64,000 bases of DNA from the human T2T-CHM13v2.0 reference genome, Homo sapiens. The DNA is taken from assembly GCF_009914755.1 (NCBI RefSeq), contig NC_060927.1. The stretch is one strand, 5' to 3'. Below the pieces are notes generated by a model. It was not told where the DNA came from, did not search any database, and worked only from the letters and a program-made list of their open reading frames with translations. This document shows, piece by piece, positions 38,070-52,770 of the stretch (positions within the stretch are counted from its first letter, which is position 1; every line of letters begins with the position of its first letter). The position numbers and the translations under genes were made by a program.

Positions 38070-38245
38070 TATCAACTGTGACATGCTGGGACAACCTAAC
38101 CTCCGAAAACCCCAGCCACAGGCTGAATAGACTCAGAAGTTCTGTCAATACAATGGGGACAAAATACCTACTGCACATAGTGTTGTGAGGGTTAAACGAA
38201 ATGCGAATCACCAAGTTTCCAGTACAGAGTAAGTACTTAGTATCT
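38070..38245 (+). mobile_element. MIR SINE
   Basis: 'aatggggacaaaatacctactgcacatagtgttgtgagggttaaacga'. Confidence 0.7.
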
Positions 38246-39059
38246 GCTCCCTCTTAGCCATGTCTGCCTGTTTTTATACTGTGTGTGGAAATTGAGGCTC
38301 ACAGAAGTTGAGCAGCTGCCTTGTTTATATGGCATAAGAAGCAGAGTAGAGTCCCAAAGCTTCCTCTTGTCTTTCAAGCCCCTGCTTGGTCCCTTATACC
38401 AGGCTGGCTACTGTCTGTCTAATACCTTGGGTGCCCCTTAGGCCCCTGGAGTGGGTAGCCTGTGAGCCCTTTACCATGGGTTACTACACACTGAGAAAGG
38501 TCTCTGCTTCATAGTGTAGTAGAGATTAGAAAAGCATAGGCTAGAGGGAAGTCATAAGAATATTTTGTCACTAAAACAATATTGGATAATGACCTTTTAA
38601 GCCAGCTGCAGCTCAAGGAACCTGAGAGCAGTCCAGTAATGATTACAGCTCAGGACCTAATGAAGAGACCATCACTTATTTATAACATTGCTGCTTTCTT
38701 GCTTTTATTGCTTGTGTGCCCCTGTGTCTAGGCAGGTGGATACCTTTCATAATCTGAGCAATAAATGAGTCAGTTTGGCTGATTCTCTAGGCTGGGAGGG
38801 CACCTGGGGTGAGGGAGTGAGGTGTTTGGCAGGTGAGGTCCCCAGGCACTGGAGTGAGGGGAAAGAACTGCAAGCTCTGGAGCTCCCAGCGGCTGGCTCG
38901 AAGTGGATTCAGTTTCCAGAGACAAACCAAGTAGATGTGAGGTTGTTGTTCTGCTTCTTCACCATTATAATAATAATGACCATATTCATTATTTATTATT
39001 TACTATCATTATTATTGCCTTTATTTATTGAGTGTATTGCACTTCATGTTCCAGGGCTT

Positions 39060-39332
39060 TCTGGGTGATCTCAGCCAATCTTGGGACTTTAAATACCATC
39101 TAGACACTGATGACTACCAAACTTACTTCCAGCCTAGTCTCTTCACTCACTGCAAACACGTAGCACCCCTTTGTCCTTAGATCTCTCTGCTGGGATTTCC
39201 AAGAGTCTCCTCCGCCATGTTATGTCCAAATGGGCGCTGCTCTTCCCTCAGTCTTTATAACACTGTAAGTGGCACTATGTTCTACTGGGTTGTTCTAGCC
39301 TCCAAACAAGGGTCATTTTTAATCTCTCCCTC
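39060..39332 (+). mobile_element. L2 fragment from the reverse-transcriptase region
   Basis: 'gactttaaataccatctagacactgatgactaccaaact' corresponds to the decayed L2 RT motif FKYHLYADDSQI. Confidence 0.8.
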
Positions 39333-40054
39333 ATCCAGAGGCTGTGAAATGGAGCCATGTGGTAGCCAGATAGCTTCATAGGAAGCACAGGATGCTGTGT
39401 TTTCATGTGGTGACACAGGGGTGGTCAAACTGCCCTTCCCTCCACCTCTGTTACTTGCACCTGCTCTTGCTCCCCTGTAGAGGGGATACTTTTTTGCTGT
39501 AAATTTCTTGACTTTCTGGTCCTACCTCTTTGTTTTCCCTCTGGTACATTCTGTTTGTTCTGAGCCTCACCTGATGTCTGAGAATAAGGGACAACCTCTC
39601 ACAACAAATTGACAAGGGATGCCTGTGTTCCGGGTAACTGTTTTGCCTCTCCAGGAGGAAGCTGATACTGTGTCTGCTTAGGGGTCTCCAGGATATCTCA
39701 TAGAGCACAGCCTCAGCGTGGTTAACCCGGACTCTTGTAAGCACATTTGAAAGATAATTCCCATTCGAGGGAGAGGCCCTTTGTGAGCAGTCTTAATTCT
39801 CTTTCCCATTGCCTCTTCTATTTCTTATAATTTGGATCTAGTACAATTAATCAGACTGTAAAGGAGTCCAGGAACATTAAGCAGAATTTGCCATTTTCAT
39901 GCAAAGCTGAAAGACATGGCTATTTCACATGTAGTGATTAGACATTTTTATAGCCAACCTGTCACATTACACATCACAGATTTCCAATAAATAAAGCAAA
40001 GCTAGAATGGGGGCTGCCAGTTGTATGACAATCCAACTAACAATATCGTGGACA

Positions 40055-40365
40055 GAACAGTGCTTTCTTGACATCCAATTTACTCAATTACATGAGTGAT
40101 CATGTCACTCCCTGCTTAAGCTCCTTCAATGTCTTTCCATAAATTATAATGAAGGGTGAATACCTTAGTACTTCCCCCTCCCCACATCATGCACTTATCA
40201 CAGAGCACTGTAAGAGAATATTCTTGTATGCCTCCCCTACCAGACTGGGCACTCCACGAGGCAGGGAATACACCTTATTTTTCCCGGTATCCCTTGTCTA
40301 GTACGGAGCCTGGCATCCCAAGAAAACCCAGCAGAGGTTTGCTAAATGAATGAATGACTGAATGA
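40055..40365 (+). mobile_element. L2 3' fragment
   Basis: 'gatcatgtcactccctgcttaag...' and terminus 'gagcctggca...aaatgaatgaatga'. Confidence 0.8.
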
Positions 40366-41599
40366 TCAATTTGAGATACTGTAGACAGGGACGGGGATGG
40401 ACCGGGGAATATCTCATGGACCAGACATGGCTCATGTTTTAGCCACAATTCACACAGTGACATTTCTAGATGTTTGATACATCACCTGAAATTTTCTATC
40501 TCAGCATAGACTCTTAAACTAGAGCCATTAAATTAGAATTATGCCATTTTAACTACCCGTGCTGTGACAGAGATTGAGAGATCATGCACAAGAGAGAAAA
40601 AGGAAGGAGGGAGGGAAGAGAGCAAGAGCGAGAGGTTATGACAGCAGGCTTCAGAGTGAGTAGGGGCAGGCAGTGATTCCTCTGTGTTCTGATTCCCTTG
40701 TGCTTGTGGCCTGAACATCTTGCTGCTCTGAGTGCTATTAAGGATTTGTAATTTAGACTGGGCTTAGAACTGAATTCACCCCACCCATTCCCCAAGTAAG
40801 AGAAAACTCTTCTAGTGTGTATCTGACAAATTTATATGACCTAGATGGTTTGGGGATTCCTGCTGGATTTATCAGCATTCTAATAGCTGACAACTGTAAT
40901 TGTCTTTTTACCTAGTCTGCATCTCTGCAGTAATAGTGTATATATTTATTGGGGAAATATGGCTGCGGGGACTTGTTACACGCTGTTGTTAATTTACAAG
41001 GTTCTTCTTTGAGCTGTCTGTCATGCACCGAGTTGATGGTCTTCTCCTTAGTTTGATTTAACTCCAAACCCTGCTTGCTGCCCTTCTAGAGAAGCAGGGT
41101 TTGCACGGTAGTGCCATGGGCCAGAGGGCCCTGGCCACGCATCTGTGTTAGCAGGTGGGGTCAGATGGCATGTCCTGTGATGATGTTAAGAAGGGAAGTT
41201 GGTATGAGGTTTAGGGCAATGGAGGGGTCTCCAGTGTGGGTTGGAGAACAAAAAATAAATGTGAACAAGACGTGATCTCTCTTCTACTCAACTTCAGGTT
41301 CTAGTTTTGGTGGAGTAATCCTATTGTGAGGTCATGGGGCAGTAGTTTGTCACTCAGGTTAGCAAGGAGAGACTGAGAAAGGAGAATGGGGAATTCTCCT
41401 CTCCACAAAAATGTTGACATAAGCAGAAATTCAGCTGCTTCCTTGGGTTGGTTCTTGGTGGAAACTTAAACATCAGCAGAGCTGGACAGACTGTGTTCAC
41501 CAGGGTGGCTGAGTGGGCCTGTGGCCACAAGATGATCACAGAAGCAAACAGACAGAACTTTGGATATTCTTTAATGTAATCTCAAAATTTGGGTTTTTT

Positions 41600-41932
41600 G
41601 TGGAATACTATGCAGCCATAAAAAGGAATGAGATCATGTCCTTTGTAGGGACATGGATGAAGCTGAAAGCCAACATCCTTAGCAAACTAACACAGGAACA
41701 GAAAGCCGAACACCGCATGTTCTCACTCATAAGTGGGAGTTGAACATTGAGAACACATGGACACAGAGAGGGTAAAACAAACACCGGGGCCTATTGGGGG
41801 GTGGAGGGTGAGGGGAGAGAACTTAGAGGATGGGTCAATAGGTGCAGCAAACCACCATGACACACGTATACTGCAAACCTGCATGATGTGCACATGTATC
41901 CCCCCTTTTTTAAATAGAAGAAATAAAGGAAA
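41600..41932 (+). mobile_element. 5'-truncated L1PA8A-like 3' end with TSD
   Basis: ORF2 tail 'EYYAAIKRNEIMSFVGTWMKL' and 3'UTR 'aacttagaggatgggtcaataggtgcagcaaaccaccatg'. TSD caaaatttgggtttt (41583-97) / caaattttgggtttt (41934-48), 14/15 identical. Confidence 0.95.
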
Positions 41933-42994
41933 ACAAATTTTGGGTTTTGAAGTAAAATATTCACTTGAAATATCGGCAACAGATTCTAAAAACATTACCC
42001 ACTGCACTGCCATCCCCCAACCCCCTCAAGGTCTGTGAGCAGCATTGGGATGGTGGGTCCTTTGGCTCCTGGAGGCAGCAGGCTGGCCTGGATGACCGGC
42101 AAGACTCCTGCATTGACAACCTCGTGGGTGGGCAGTGACTCTCCACTTCTCACCAGAAAGCACAGAGATCACTCCTAATGGGGAGACATGTGCCTCTTTC
42201 TTCTTGAGGATTGTCAGGAGGAGCATTCCCAATGTGTGGGCTGTGTTCATGATTGTAGTTACCCGATGGGCTATTTACAGAGTGTGGGCCTCTTTCTCTG
42301 CAGTCATTGCTAAGCCCTCCCTCTGCCTTCATACCAGGCGGAGCTTGCATTGCTATCTGCCTCTCTCAAGCTCAGAGTCACTGATTCGGTTTGAGGGAGA
42401 CAGTCACTTTGTTACCTTTTCCCATGGTTGTCTGATTTGGGTAGCCAGTGCGTAAGGCTTTTGCATCACTTCCGGGGTACTTTCTAGAGCTCAGTCCTGG
42501 CATACTTAGGAACTCATCTCTGAAGGAACTGGCCTCTTATGGTGCTTGCTGGCACCCTGACAGAATCTCCAGGGGTGGAGGGCCCTGACTTGTTGTGCAC
42601 GGCAAGGAAGCCCAGCAGCTCAGCTCAGAGTCCAGGCATGTGGCTGTGCTGGTTGGAGAGAAGCCAAGTGTTGTCCCTGATCTCTTTCTATTTGAATCAG
42701 CCAGAAACAACTGACCTGCCCACCTGGTGTCTCACCAGGGCTTTGTGTTGGCGGACAGAGGGGAGCAGAAGGCCAGCTGGGAGGGAGAGATTGGGCAGAT
42801 GGAGGCACTACCGGCAATGGAGACGGGCATGTGGGCAGTATGAGAGGTCTCAGTCCCTGTGTCCCCTGTGGAAGGCAGGAGCACTTATGGAACTGCAGGG
42901 AGTGAGGAGCGGTTGATGGCCTTTAGAAGCCCCCAGGGAAACCCGGATGGCATGATACTGTAGAACTGTTCTGCCCCAAGCCTCCACATTAATG

Positions 42995-43130
42995 GTGCCA
43001 TGGTCGCAGGCAAGTTCCTCAGTACTTCTGAACTTTAGTTTCCACATCGCTAAAATGTGGATAATAACTACCTCTCAAGGTGGTGATGAGCTAATGTTTT
43101 TGAGCGGGCTGGAAACACCATAGATCGCTG
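42995..43130 (+). mobile_element. MIR SINE
   Basis: 'ggcaagttcctc...ttagtttccacatcgctaaaatgtggataataactacctc'. Confidence 0.7.
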
Positions 43131-43779
43131 TACCTAAGTGAGATGATTATTGTGTTTACCTATTTTTATTCCATTTCTCAAGTACTTATTTTCCTTCCAA
43201 GTCTTTAAAGCAAAAATTTTAAAGACATCCCAAATAGAATAGGTCAGGGAAGTGGCCACAGGGCCTCTTTTGAGCCTTGTCATCTCCTCCACCCCCTCAG
43301 TAGCCTCCCAGCATCCCACCTGACATCCCGTGAGCCAGCCTCCACTCAGCTGCCAGAGGGAGCTTTCTAAACTGCACACTTGGTCTTGTCATCATGCTGC
43401 TTTGCAACTTTCAATTCATAATTCAGCTTTCGCATGGGAAATATGCACTGAGTCGTGTGCTAGGTAGGGAGCTTGTAATGAGAAGATGATGGGGCATAGT
43501 CCCATCCTCCAGCATGTGGTCTAGGGCTCCTCAGTCCCTGTGGGATAAGTGTCATGACTCCCATGTCCCCTGCCCACTTCCCCAGCCTTATCCTTCTCCA
43601 CCCCTTCCTCACCCACATCTAGGTTAAACTCACCAGTGATGATTGGATAGTGTGCTGTTCTCCAACCATGTTCAGGCTGATGCTGGCCTCCCCATCTTTA
43701 CCTGCACATCTCCAAGATGTCCTTTCTTCCTCCTTCATCCCTGTTCATTTGTCAGTTTCTTGCCCAGCCTGTAGGGCTC

Positions 43780-44280
43780 AGCCTCTGTAGAGTTGCAAGT
43801 GATGGAAATTCAACTCAAAACAGCTTAAAGGAAAAGGAAATTTATTGCTTCACAAAGCTGAAAAAAATACATACTTTCTGACACTGCTGGATCCAAGTGC
43901 TCAGGCAACACGAGGGCCTGGACTCTCCCCTCCCTTGGCTCTGCTCTCTTCTCAGTAAGGTTCATGCTTAGGCAGGCCCCTAAGGCAGTGGCAAAGACAG
44001 CCACCCAGATGTTCAGATTTGAAATGGAGACAGTACATGTCTTCATAGTGCCAGCAAAAGGCTGCAGGGAGAGGCTCAGTAGGCTGGTTTGGGTCATGTG
44101 GCTAATGGTTATGGCTGGGGTGATAGGTGAGGATGGCGCCAAGTGTTTGGGGTAGGTTGGGGAGGGTATGAGCCTCACTGAGTCACGTGGACTGAAAGTG
44201 GGAGAGAGTATACTACCAGAGTAGAATCAGGCACTCCTCCTAAAGAAAGGGGCTGTCAATCCAGGGCTGGCAAACACATT
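43780..44280 (-). mobile_element. MaLR LTR, MLT1J-family
   Basis: 'gttgcaagtgatggaaattcaactcaaaacagcttaaag...aatttattg', 'gctggatccaagtgctca', 'ttgggtcatgtg'. Confidence 0.8.
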
Positions 44281-46133
44281 TGGTTCTAGCAAACCTTCTT
44301 TGACTGCTCCCACCTTCCCCAAGAGGTCTGCATGCTTCCCACATGCCTTGGTGCTGTAGGAATGAATTCCCAGTGGAATGAATTTTTCCTCATGCACATG
44401 TGTTACATTGAGCTCTGAATCCTACCACACGCCCCAGGTCCTACACCCCATGGGGCCTTGGTACCTGTAAGCCCACTGAGTGCATGCCCAGTCTTAGACT
44501 CATGCATAAATAGAGCCATGCTGAGCAGAGTCTGGAGTTAGATGGCAGACCTGGGGTCATGGTCCTGGCAATAGGCGTAGACCCTTGATGAACACACTGG
44601 TCCAAATCCTGTGGGTCCTGGGATCTAGGAAGATCCACCATTCAGGGTCACTCCTTTGTGGGCCAAGAAAGTCATGTCACAGACAGGACACCTGGAGAGC
44701 CTTAGCTTCAGATGGTAATGCAGTGCAGCAAGGATAGCAATCCAATAGCACAATATTGTAGGCGCTGGGCCCTTCCCTGTTATTTTGGGAAGGAAGACAG
44801 TCAACCCTGTTGCTAAGCCCCCTGACCCCCACAGCAGGGTCAGCCCTGAAGCTCTATCTCTTTGTTTTTGAACACCTGTCCTTCTTTTCCTATGACCCTC
44901 AGGCCTCCATATTCAACCAGTTGCTGCTGGGTGGTTTGCTGAACATACCCATGACACCAACTTTCCCAAAGACACTAATTCCAGAAACAGGGTCACCATC
45001 GGTCAGGAGATAAGCCACAAGAAAATTGTTACTGACAACAAAGAAACTAGGTTTGTGAATAATTTACTTCTCTTATAAATGGTAAGGGTTCAAAGTTGTT
45101 CCCTATAACACCTTCCCCCTCTCACTGCATGTGCTTTCCTGGTTGGGAAAGAAGAGGGTGTTTCTGCTATAGAAAGCTGGGGGCTGTGTGTTACCTGCAG
45201 CCTGTCATACCCGTGGTTTCGGCCCCATAACCTGGAGGGCCTGGGGATGCTGTGCCAGGCTTGTCAGTGTCACCCCAAGGCAGTGAGTCAGGCCAGATCC
45301 GCTCTCTAGACCTTCAGCAAGAGGAGTCCTCTTCCACTGAGCTCCCAGAGCCTCCAGTGCTATCTGGCTGGCTTCCAGGTGAAGTCGGAGTGAATCCCAC
45401 ACAGTCCCTGGGAGCGGTGGCTGAGGGAAGGGTGGCTCCTCCTGCTCTGCCTCCTGGCCTGGGCTCTCTCTGCATGGAGATTACCCCAGCCTTCCCCCGG
45501 AGGGCAGGCACTGAGTGTGACAGGTTTTCCAACCCCAGCTGAGGACGGCCTTGGGTGCTGAGGCTGGAACTTCCTGGGAGAATCTTCTGGCCCCATCTCT
45601 ATGGAGCCTTCTGAGGGATATTTGTATGTTATGAATTAAGAACAAGTTTTAGGCTCTTCTTTAAGCAATTTCTTAAGAAAATGGCTCAGGTGAAATATAG
45701 CTATTCTGAATAATTCATTTTCTTTATTCCAAACTTAAATTTACTCTACTCTTAATGGAGAATTAGCCAGATGTGGGGCAGGGATATTTGGCAGCTCATA
45801 TTAACATTATCAAAGAACAAAAATGGCTGGAAACCCTTTGAATTAGAAACCCTACTGACTATTGATAGAGGAGACTGGCTGAAGAGGTCGACATCGTCAT
45901 CCCCTGCTAGAGAGAAGATAGCTCCTCTCCTAAGGTTGGATGAGTCCTCAGTGCTGAGGACTGGGCTCCTGGGGACAGAGCTGTCTCTGCTATGGCTTCC
46001 TTGGCTTCCAGGGAGCTGATGGAAAGGGAAGATTTGGCCTCTTTGTGACAACTGTGATTATAGAGATAGACAATTTTATCAATCAGGAGTCTAGATGCTT
46101 AGAACTGGGAGGGACTTTTGGTGCCATACAGCC

Positions 46134-46523
46134 CAGTGTTTTCTGAACTTCTGTTCACACACCAACCACCCTGATGAATTTTTGCCATATGGGTTTATTG
46201 TCTGTACCATTATTGATTCACTTTTTTAAAACTTCAGTGTGTTCATTTGTAAAACAGTCACTATGGTACATGGGAAATTGGACATATGCAATGAATAGAG
46301 GACAACTTTTGATGAAAAAAATAACACTCGCTCTTACTAAAATCTAAAGCCTGCTCTCTTGTTTTTGGATAATAAGTGTTTGAGAGGTGTTAAAGACACA
46401 CCATACTCCTGCCAAGACTTTCTCCGTTAAGATAATCAGAGGGATGGAAAAGGAAGTTGAAAGGGGCATGCCACTCCATGTGATCTTGTCTGGTGCACAG
46501 TAAAATCACTTTGTAAGTCACTA
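46134..46523. mobile_element. Charlie4a-like hAT element inserted in a MIR
   Basis: Left end cagtgttttctgaact; internal 'aataagtgtttgagaggtgttaaagacac...agactttctccgttaagataatcagagggatggaaaaggaagttgaaagggg'. MIR-like halves lie at ~46095-46133 and ~46555-46670. Confidence 0.75.
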
Positions 46524-46695
46524 GTGGTGCCTGACTCCCTTCCTGCACCCAGGAAACCCTCCTCCCCTTTTGCAGGAGGCGTGACTAAGGCTCATACATG
46601 GAGTGGCATATCCAAGGTGCTCAGAGCTGGCTAGAGGCAGCACAGAATAGAGCCCAGCTCTTAGGATTCTCTAAGGAACTGAAACCATTGAATCA

Positions 46696-47100
<405 letters not shown>

Positions 47101-48498
47101 AGAATGGAAATTCAATGGAGGAAATTGGTCCTGGCATTAGAGCAAGGGAATCTAGTTTGGGCAAAGTTCTGGTAGAGATAAGACAGGTCTGTAGTGTTGC
47201 AGAAAGGTTTATATCAAAACCTAGCCTGATGCCATCAAAATCAGCAAAATCAAATTAAAAAAAAGTAGGGGTTGGTGAAGTCTAGTCTTAAATAAATTTC
47301 TACAAAGATAAAGAAAGTCAGAGAAATAAAATAAATGAGGCCAGAAAAAAACGATCAACATACCCTAGAGGATGTCTCAGACTTAAAGAACAAATAATAA
47401 AAACATTCTTTGAGAACCCTGGGCTCCAGTTGTTTTATTATCAATGCCAAATGCTGGAGTTCAGTGGCCTTCCCTGATGCTGCACTTTCCTCTTCTTTCT
47501 CAGCAACTGCACCTTTTGCTCAGAGGCTGGAAGAACCCTCTGGGAAGAAGCACTCTGCTTCAGTCTGAACTGGCCCAAGGGCAGCTGGTCAAACATTACC
47601 CATGGAGCAAAAGGGAGACAACAATGGTGCTATTCTCCAGCTGTTGAACAGCTGACTGGAAAGTGTGAGGATGTAATGTGACAGACCCGGGCTGCTTTGC
47701 CCTGGGAGATCTGTGGAAGAGTGTTCCTTCAAGACACTTCATAACACCTTAGGATTATAAAAAAGCTCCTGGGTCAACAAAGGGGCTTTGGTGAGGATAC
47801 CTTCAGGGCTGGTTTGATGACTCCATACAGGGTACTTGCTGGGCACTTCCTATAGGAGGTAAAGACTAGTTCTGCTCTTTCCTCCTTTGTCCATTCCTCT
47901 TGTCACTGGCCTGAAATCAGGGCAGGCACTCTGTGGCAGCTGCCTGTTGTCATCCTAACAAGGAGTCCCTTCATGGAGACTGCTGTAGCCCCCCGACACA
48001 GCCAAGAGATGACCCCAACCACTTCCAAGGGTGTGGCATTGAGGGCCCATCACCAGAGGCCACAAGGCCAGACAGCTGGGCTCATACCACTGCTCAGCCA
48101 AGATTCATGTTGTTGGACCACCCTCTGAGCACCCAGCCAATGCTTGGGCAGAGCGGTAGATGAGCATCTGGGCCTTAGAGCCAAGCTGTGAGGCTGAGGG
48201 CCTGCGGCCCTTCCAGGCACACTCAGAACTGATGAGAATCCCAAGTGTGTCTTCACACGCAGATTAGGCAGCCAGGAATTGGGTTTCTGGGTCTTCCTTT
48301 TAAGAGGGATGGAATATTATCGCTTTATCTGTGAGAGGAAGAGATGATGTGAGAATTACATGGCCAAGGGTTCTGGGAGTTGGGATGCAGTTAAAGTGAA
48401 TAAAATTGTTTCTCACTGGAGCGGCACCATTTCCACACTCACCTTGGCAGATCAAGGATAGTAGAGGGGACTTGGTCAAAAAAGTCTGAGCACTCTGT

Positions 48499-48581
48499 TC
48501 TAGTGGGGGATTTGGGGTAGCCAAATCCCCCACTAGATGTGGGAGTTGTGCTAGTTGTGGGAGATGTGCTAGTTGTGGGAG
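48499..48581. repeat. Perfect 17-bp inverted repeat (5-nt loop) overlapping an 18-bp x ~2.7 tandem repeat
   Basis: TCTAGTGGGGGATTTGG-ggtag-CCAAATCCCCCACTAGA (48499-48537); then ctagatgtgggagttgtg / ctagttgtgggagatgtg / ctagttgtgggag (48533-48581). Confidence 0.95.
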
Positions 48582-50063
48582 GATCTTTTGTTAGCGATGG
48601 CCCAGAGCCCTTGTATGCTGTTTCCAAAGCAGGAAACAGCATCTCCTGGGAGGCAGAGGCTCCAAAGGCTCTGTGGGAAGTGTAGGTGTGTGTTTCATGT
48701 GTGGATGGGTATGCTGGGGTGTAACATATATGTTGCAGTATGTTGTATGTAGATGTGTGCTTGGCAGGACAAGACATGCAGGTATGTGCAAGCAGATGGA
48801 GGCATGGAATTGTCAGAAAGGAGAACCCGAGAAGCAGAGCAAAATGCAGACCCCAGGCTGACTTGAGCGAAGGTGCCTTAGCTGGTGCTGGATAAGAGAA
48901 ACCTCCATTCTAAAGCCGCCTCACCTGGGGCCCCACCTGCTGTCTCAGACTGATGCAGCTATTGGAAAGACCTACTAGTGGAGACTGATGGATAAACAGC
49001 TGTAGAGCTGGGTTGAAAGGGGTGCTATTCTGAAAGGATCTCTCTTTAAAACAGGCAAGACTTACAAGAGAAAGAGGCCTGACAAAGGGGTGCTAATCGG
49101 TTTATGGCCTTCAGCAGACATCCACTTTAGAGTGATAAATAAATGAATAATTGAAAGGGAGGAAGAACCTCTTAGACTACATCAGTCCCTTAACACAGGC
49201 ATGGATCTTATTTTTAATCCCCAGAATTCTGACTTTTTAAAAAGAACTTGGCTTGGCAGGCAGTAGAAGAAAATGTGTGAGTGACTGCCATGACATCTGA
49301 CCATGGTTTCATGCAGTTTCCATCAAAGATGACTGAGCAAATGGAAATAAGGGTTCACAGAGGGTTAATAAAGCTTTATTGCAAAAAACAAACAAAAAAT
49401 TCATGGAATGAAATGATAATGGGAGCTGTCCAACAATATTATTTGGGATGCATCCAAGACTGTAATCAGAGGCAAGCTAATTCAGTACTAATTTCAGGAA
49501 AAAAGATGGGGAAAAAATTGATAATTAGAAAAGAAAATGGAAACACTAGAGGAATCATATACACATAAATTAGGTCCCAAAATACTGGCGCAATTAATCA
49601 TAGCCAGGGGTGAATCAAGCCTCATCCTATCAGGAAGAACTGAATATTTCATAAGGTAGACAAAAGAGGAATGAACTGAGAGGAATATAACCAGCCATAA
49701 CTAAAAGAAAAACTTGTCAGAAATTAACAACCAAAATGTGAGAGAGAAATAACATCTTCGTTAACCAGTGGGGATGAAAAATGGACTCAGAAAATACAAC
49801 AAATGCTCATATTCCTCAAAGCCCCATCTTCTTCTATTGAAATTACAGCCATAACTTTCAAAAATCTTTTTATCTTTTCTCTCAGGACCAGAATGATTCA
49901 TTGTATATAAAAAAGAAAAGAGAACAGAGGAAATAATTAAAGCTATAAAAAATTCCCAATTATGAAGCATCAGCGTCCAGATGGCCATAACACTGTTTAA
50001 CCATGAGGAATCAACTTGTGGGTAGGGGGAGTCTGCTCTGAAATGATAGACTTCGAGACCTGA

Positions 50064-50572
<509 letters not shown>

Positions 50573-51314
50573 TTGCAATTAAGCTTTCTTAGGATTGAAT
50601 GGGAATATGAAAGGTCCCTTGCTTTGCTAATTCCAACATGTTGGCACTCCACTTTGAAGAAGGCAAAAGAAACCATTGTCTGTTTAGAGAAGCAGAAACT
50701 GGAAACATATCCAAACATAACATGAAGAAATGAGGACAGTCTGAGACAAAAGATCCACAGGCAGACATGAGTGGCCATAAGGAAGAGGAGCCCCTCATGC
50801 AGAGTTTATACCAAGTCCCTGATTTGAACCCAGGCTGACCAAAAATTAAATGTCCTGCCATGGAGGGTGGTGAGCATTCCGTCCCACACAGAGATGGCAC
50901 AGTCTCTTGGCAGAAACCTTGGGGAAGATTCGAGAACTGGATTCAAAGGTCCTATTTAATCCTTGTGTTTTAAAATTCTAAGAATGCAAGCCTGACCAAA
51001 TTTAAAGCCTCCCAGAAAGTTTAAGTGATTTAAGTTGTGTTTTTTTGAAGGAAGAGAGGGTTCCTGGGCTAGGTTTTAACAAGTGGCCCTCAAGGTATGA
51101 GCCCTGAATTAGCCATCAGAAAATAAAGTACACTGCTTCATTCAGAATGTATCCGGGTAAACAAGGGGATCACTTCTGTTCTGAGATTAGACCTTCCTGA
51201 GTAACCTGTGGTTATCATGGAGGCTCTGTAGCAGTTCCCAGTGAGGCCGGAGACTCAGAGGGCAGATACTGCCCTGCCTTAGAGGCAAGAGGTGGGTGAG
51301 TGGTCAGGGTGAGC

Positions 51315-51530
51315 ACTCTTAGGTACCTTCTTGGTGCTGGGCATTGTACTAAATTCACTTCATGCATCATCTCATCATAACTCTGTGAATCATGATCCAT
51401 TTCCCCCAGTTTAGGAGGTGAAGAAATGCAGCCACCATGAATTTAAATGACATAAGCCAGGCCACACCAAGGTGGCAAGCGGGATGGTATTTGAACCCAG
51501 GTCCATCCGTGCTAGAGCTGTGTGCCCTGC
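51315..51530 (-). mobile_element. MIR SINE
   Basis: 'gctgggcattgtactaaattcacttcatgcatcatctcat...ggtatttgaacccaggtc'. Confidence 0.7.
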
Positions 51531-52519
51531 CCCATGCCACCACCCATTCTGGCCTCCATCCCTCAGCCCCTGTGACTATAGTCAGACTTCCAAGCCAGTG
51601 ATGTCAAAATGTCCAAGCAGCACTCCAGTGTGAGTCACCACTGGCTGAGTCCCATGTGCTAAGGCTGGGGGAAAGCTGAGGTACCACCTTGGAGCATGTT
51701 CAGAGAGCAGGGATGGTGTGGAGAGGCCGGGAATTTGAATGCTTCTTGTTGGGTAATGTACTGCTGGAAGAATTCTGGGCATGAGTGATCATAATTCTAT
51801 TACTTTATTAAGCCTCAAAGAAGCCTTTTTGTATGCATATGCTTATTATAAATAAATGAGTACAACTTTCTTTTAACTCTGAAAGTATCTGCTTGAAGCC
51901 AAAGCTGCTCAGATGCCATTCCTGGGGATTGAGAAATTCGTTTGATCAGAAGGTGGTCTATTTTTGCTAGAGAATATGGTGGCTTATAATTAGTTGGGAT
52001 TCAAAGACTTAATGAGCATCAGACACATTTCTGTTAGTTAAGTAAAATATCAAAAATTGGCATAAATAAGCAACAGGATAAAATTTAATAATACTCTTTC
52101 CTTTGAAAAGACTTGAATGACCCAGACCACATTTCCTTTGGTTATTCTGAATCCTTGCATTTTAAGAGAACAAGGTATGGGGCACGGTGGAATACTGGTG
52201 TCTGTTTCCTCTGTTATGTGGATTGAGCTGTGCTGCTGTGTGTGGGCACAAGGGAGGCACCAAACTGATGAACCACAATTGAGCAATCTACCTATTTAAA
52301 CCTGATCTTAGGACCTACAGTCAGTCAATCAGCAAGCATTTATTGAGTGTGTATGTACATACAGGCATGCTGGAGTTGACAGTGCCTGAGCGGAAACATG
52401 GAGTGGATGTAATGACTCCTTTACTGCAGGTCTTAAAGGGTGATTTTGTTTGGAATTCCCCAAGTCATTGTAGTAAAGTGTTTTGGATTCTAATGGTGCA
52501 AAGAATTTCTTCTGCTTTT

Positions 52520-52770
52520 CAAAAAGTTAGAAGAAAGCATAAGCCATGGTAAGGAGAGACAGCAGATATTTTTAAAAGGTCCAAATAGAACATCTAGAGA
52601 TGAGCATCTGAGATGAGAAATGTACTGGATGGGATTGATGGAAGATGAGGCATTGCAGGAGAAAGGATTAGTGAACTTGAAGACATCACAATAGAAACAA
52701 TCCAAAATGAGACACAGAAAGATAAAAGGTTGAAGAATAATGAACAGAGCATCAGTGAACTGTTGACATT
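52520..52770 (+). mobile_element. L1M (MC/MD) ORF1 coiled-coil fragment
   Basis: 'gagaaaggattagtgaacttgaagacatcacaatagaaacaatccaaaatgag...aacagagcatcagtgaactgt' encodes ERISELEDITIETIQNE. Confidence 0.85.
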
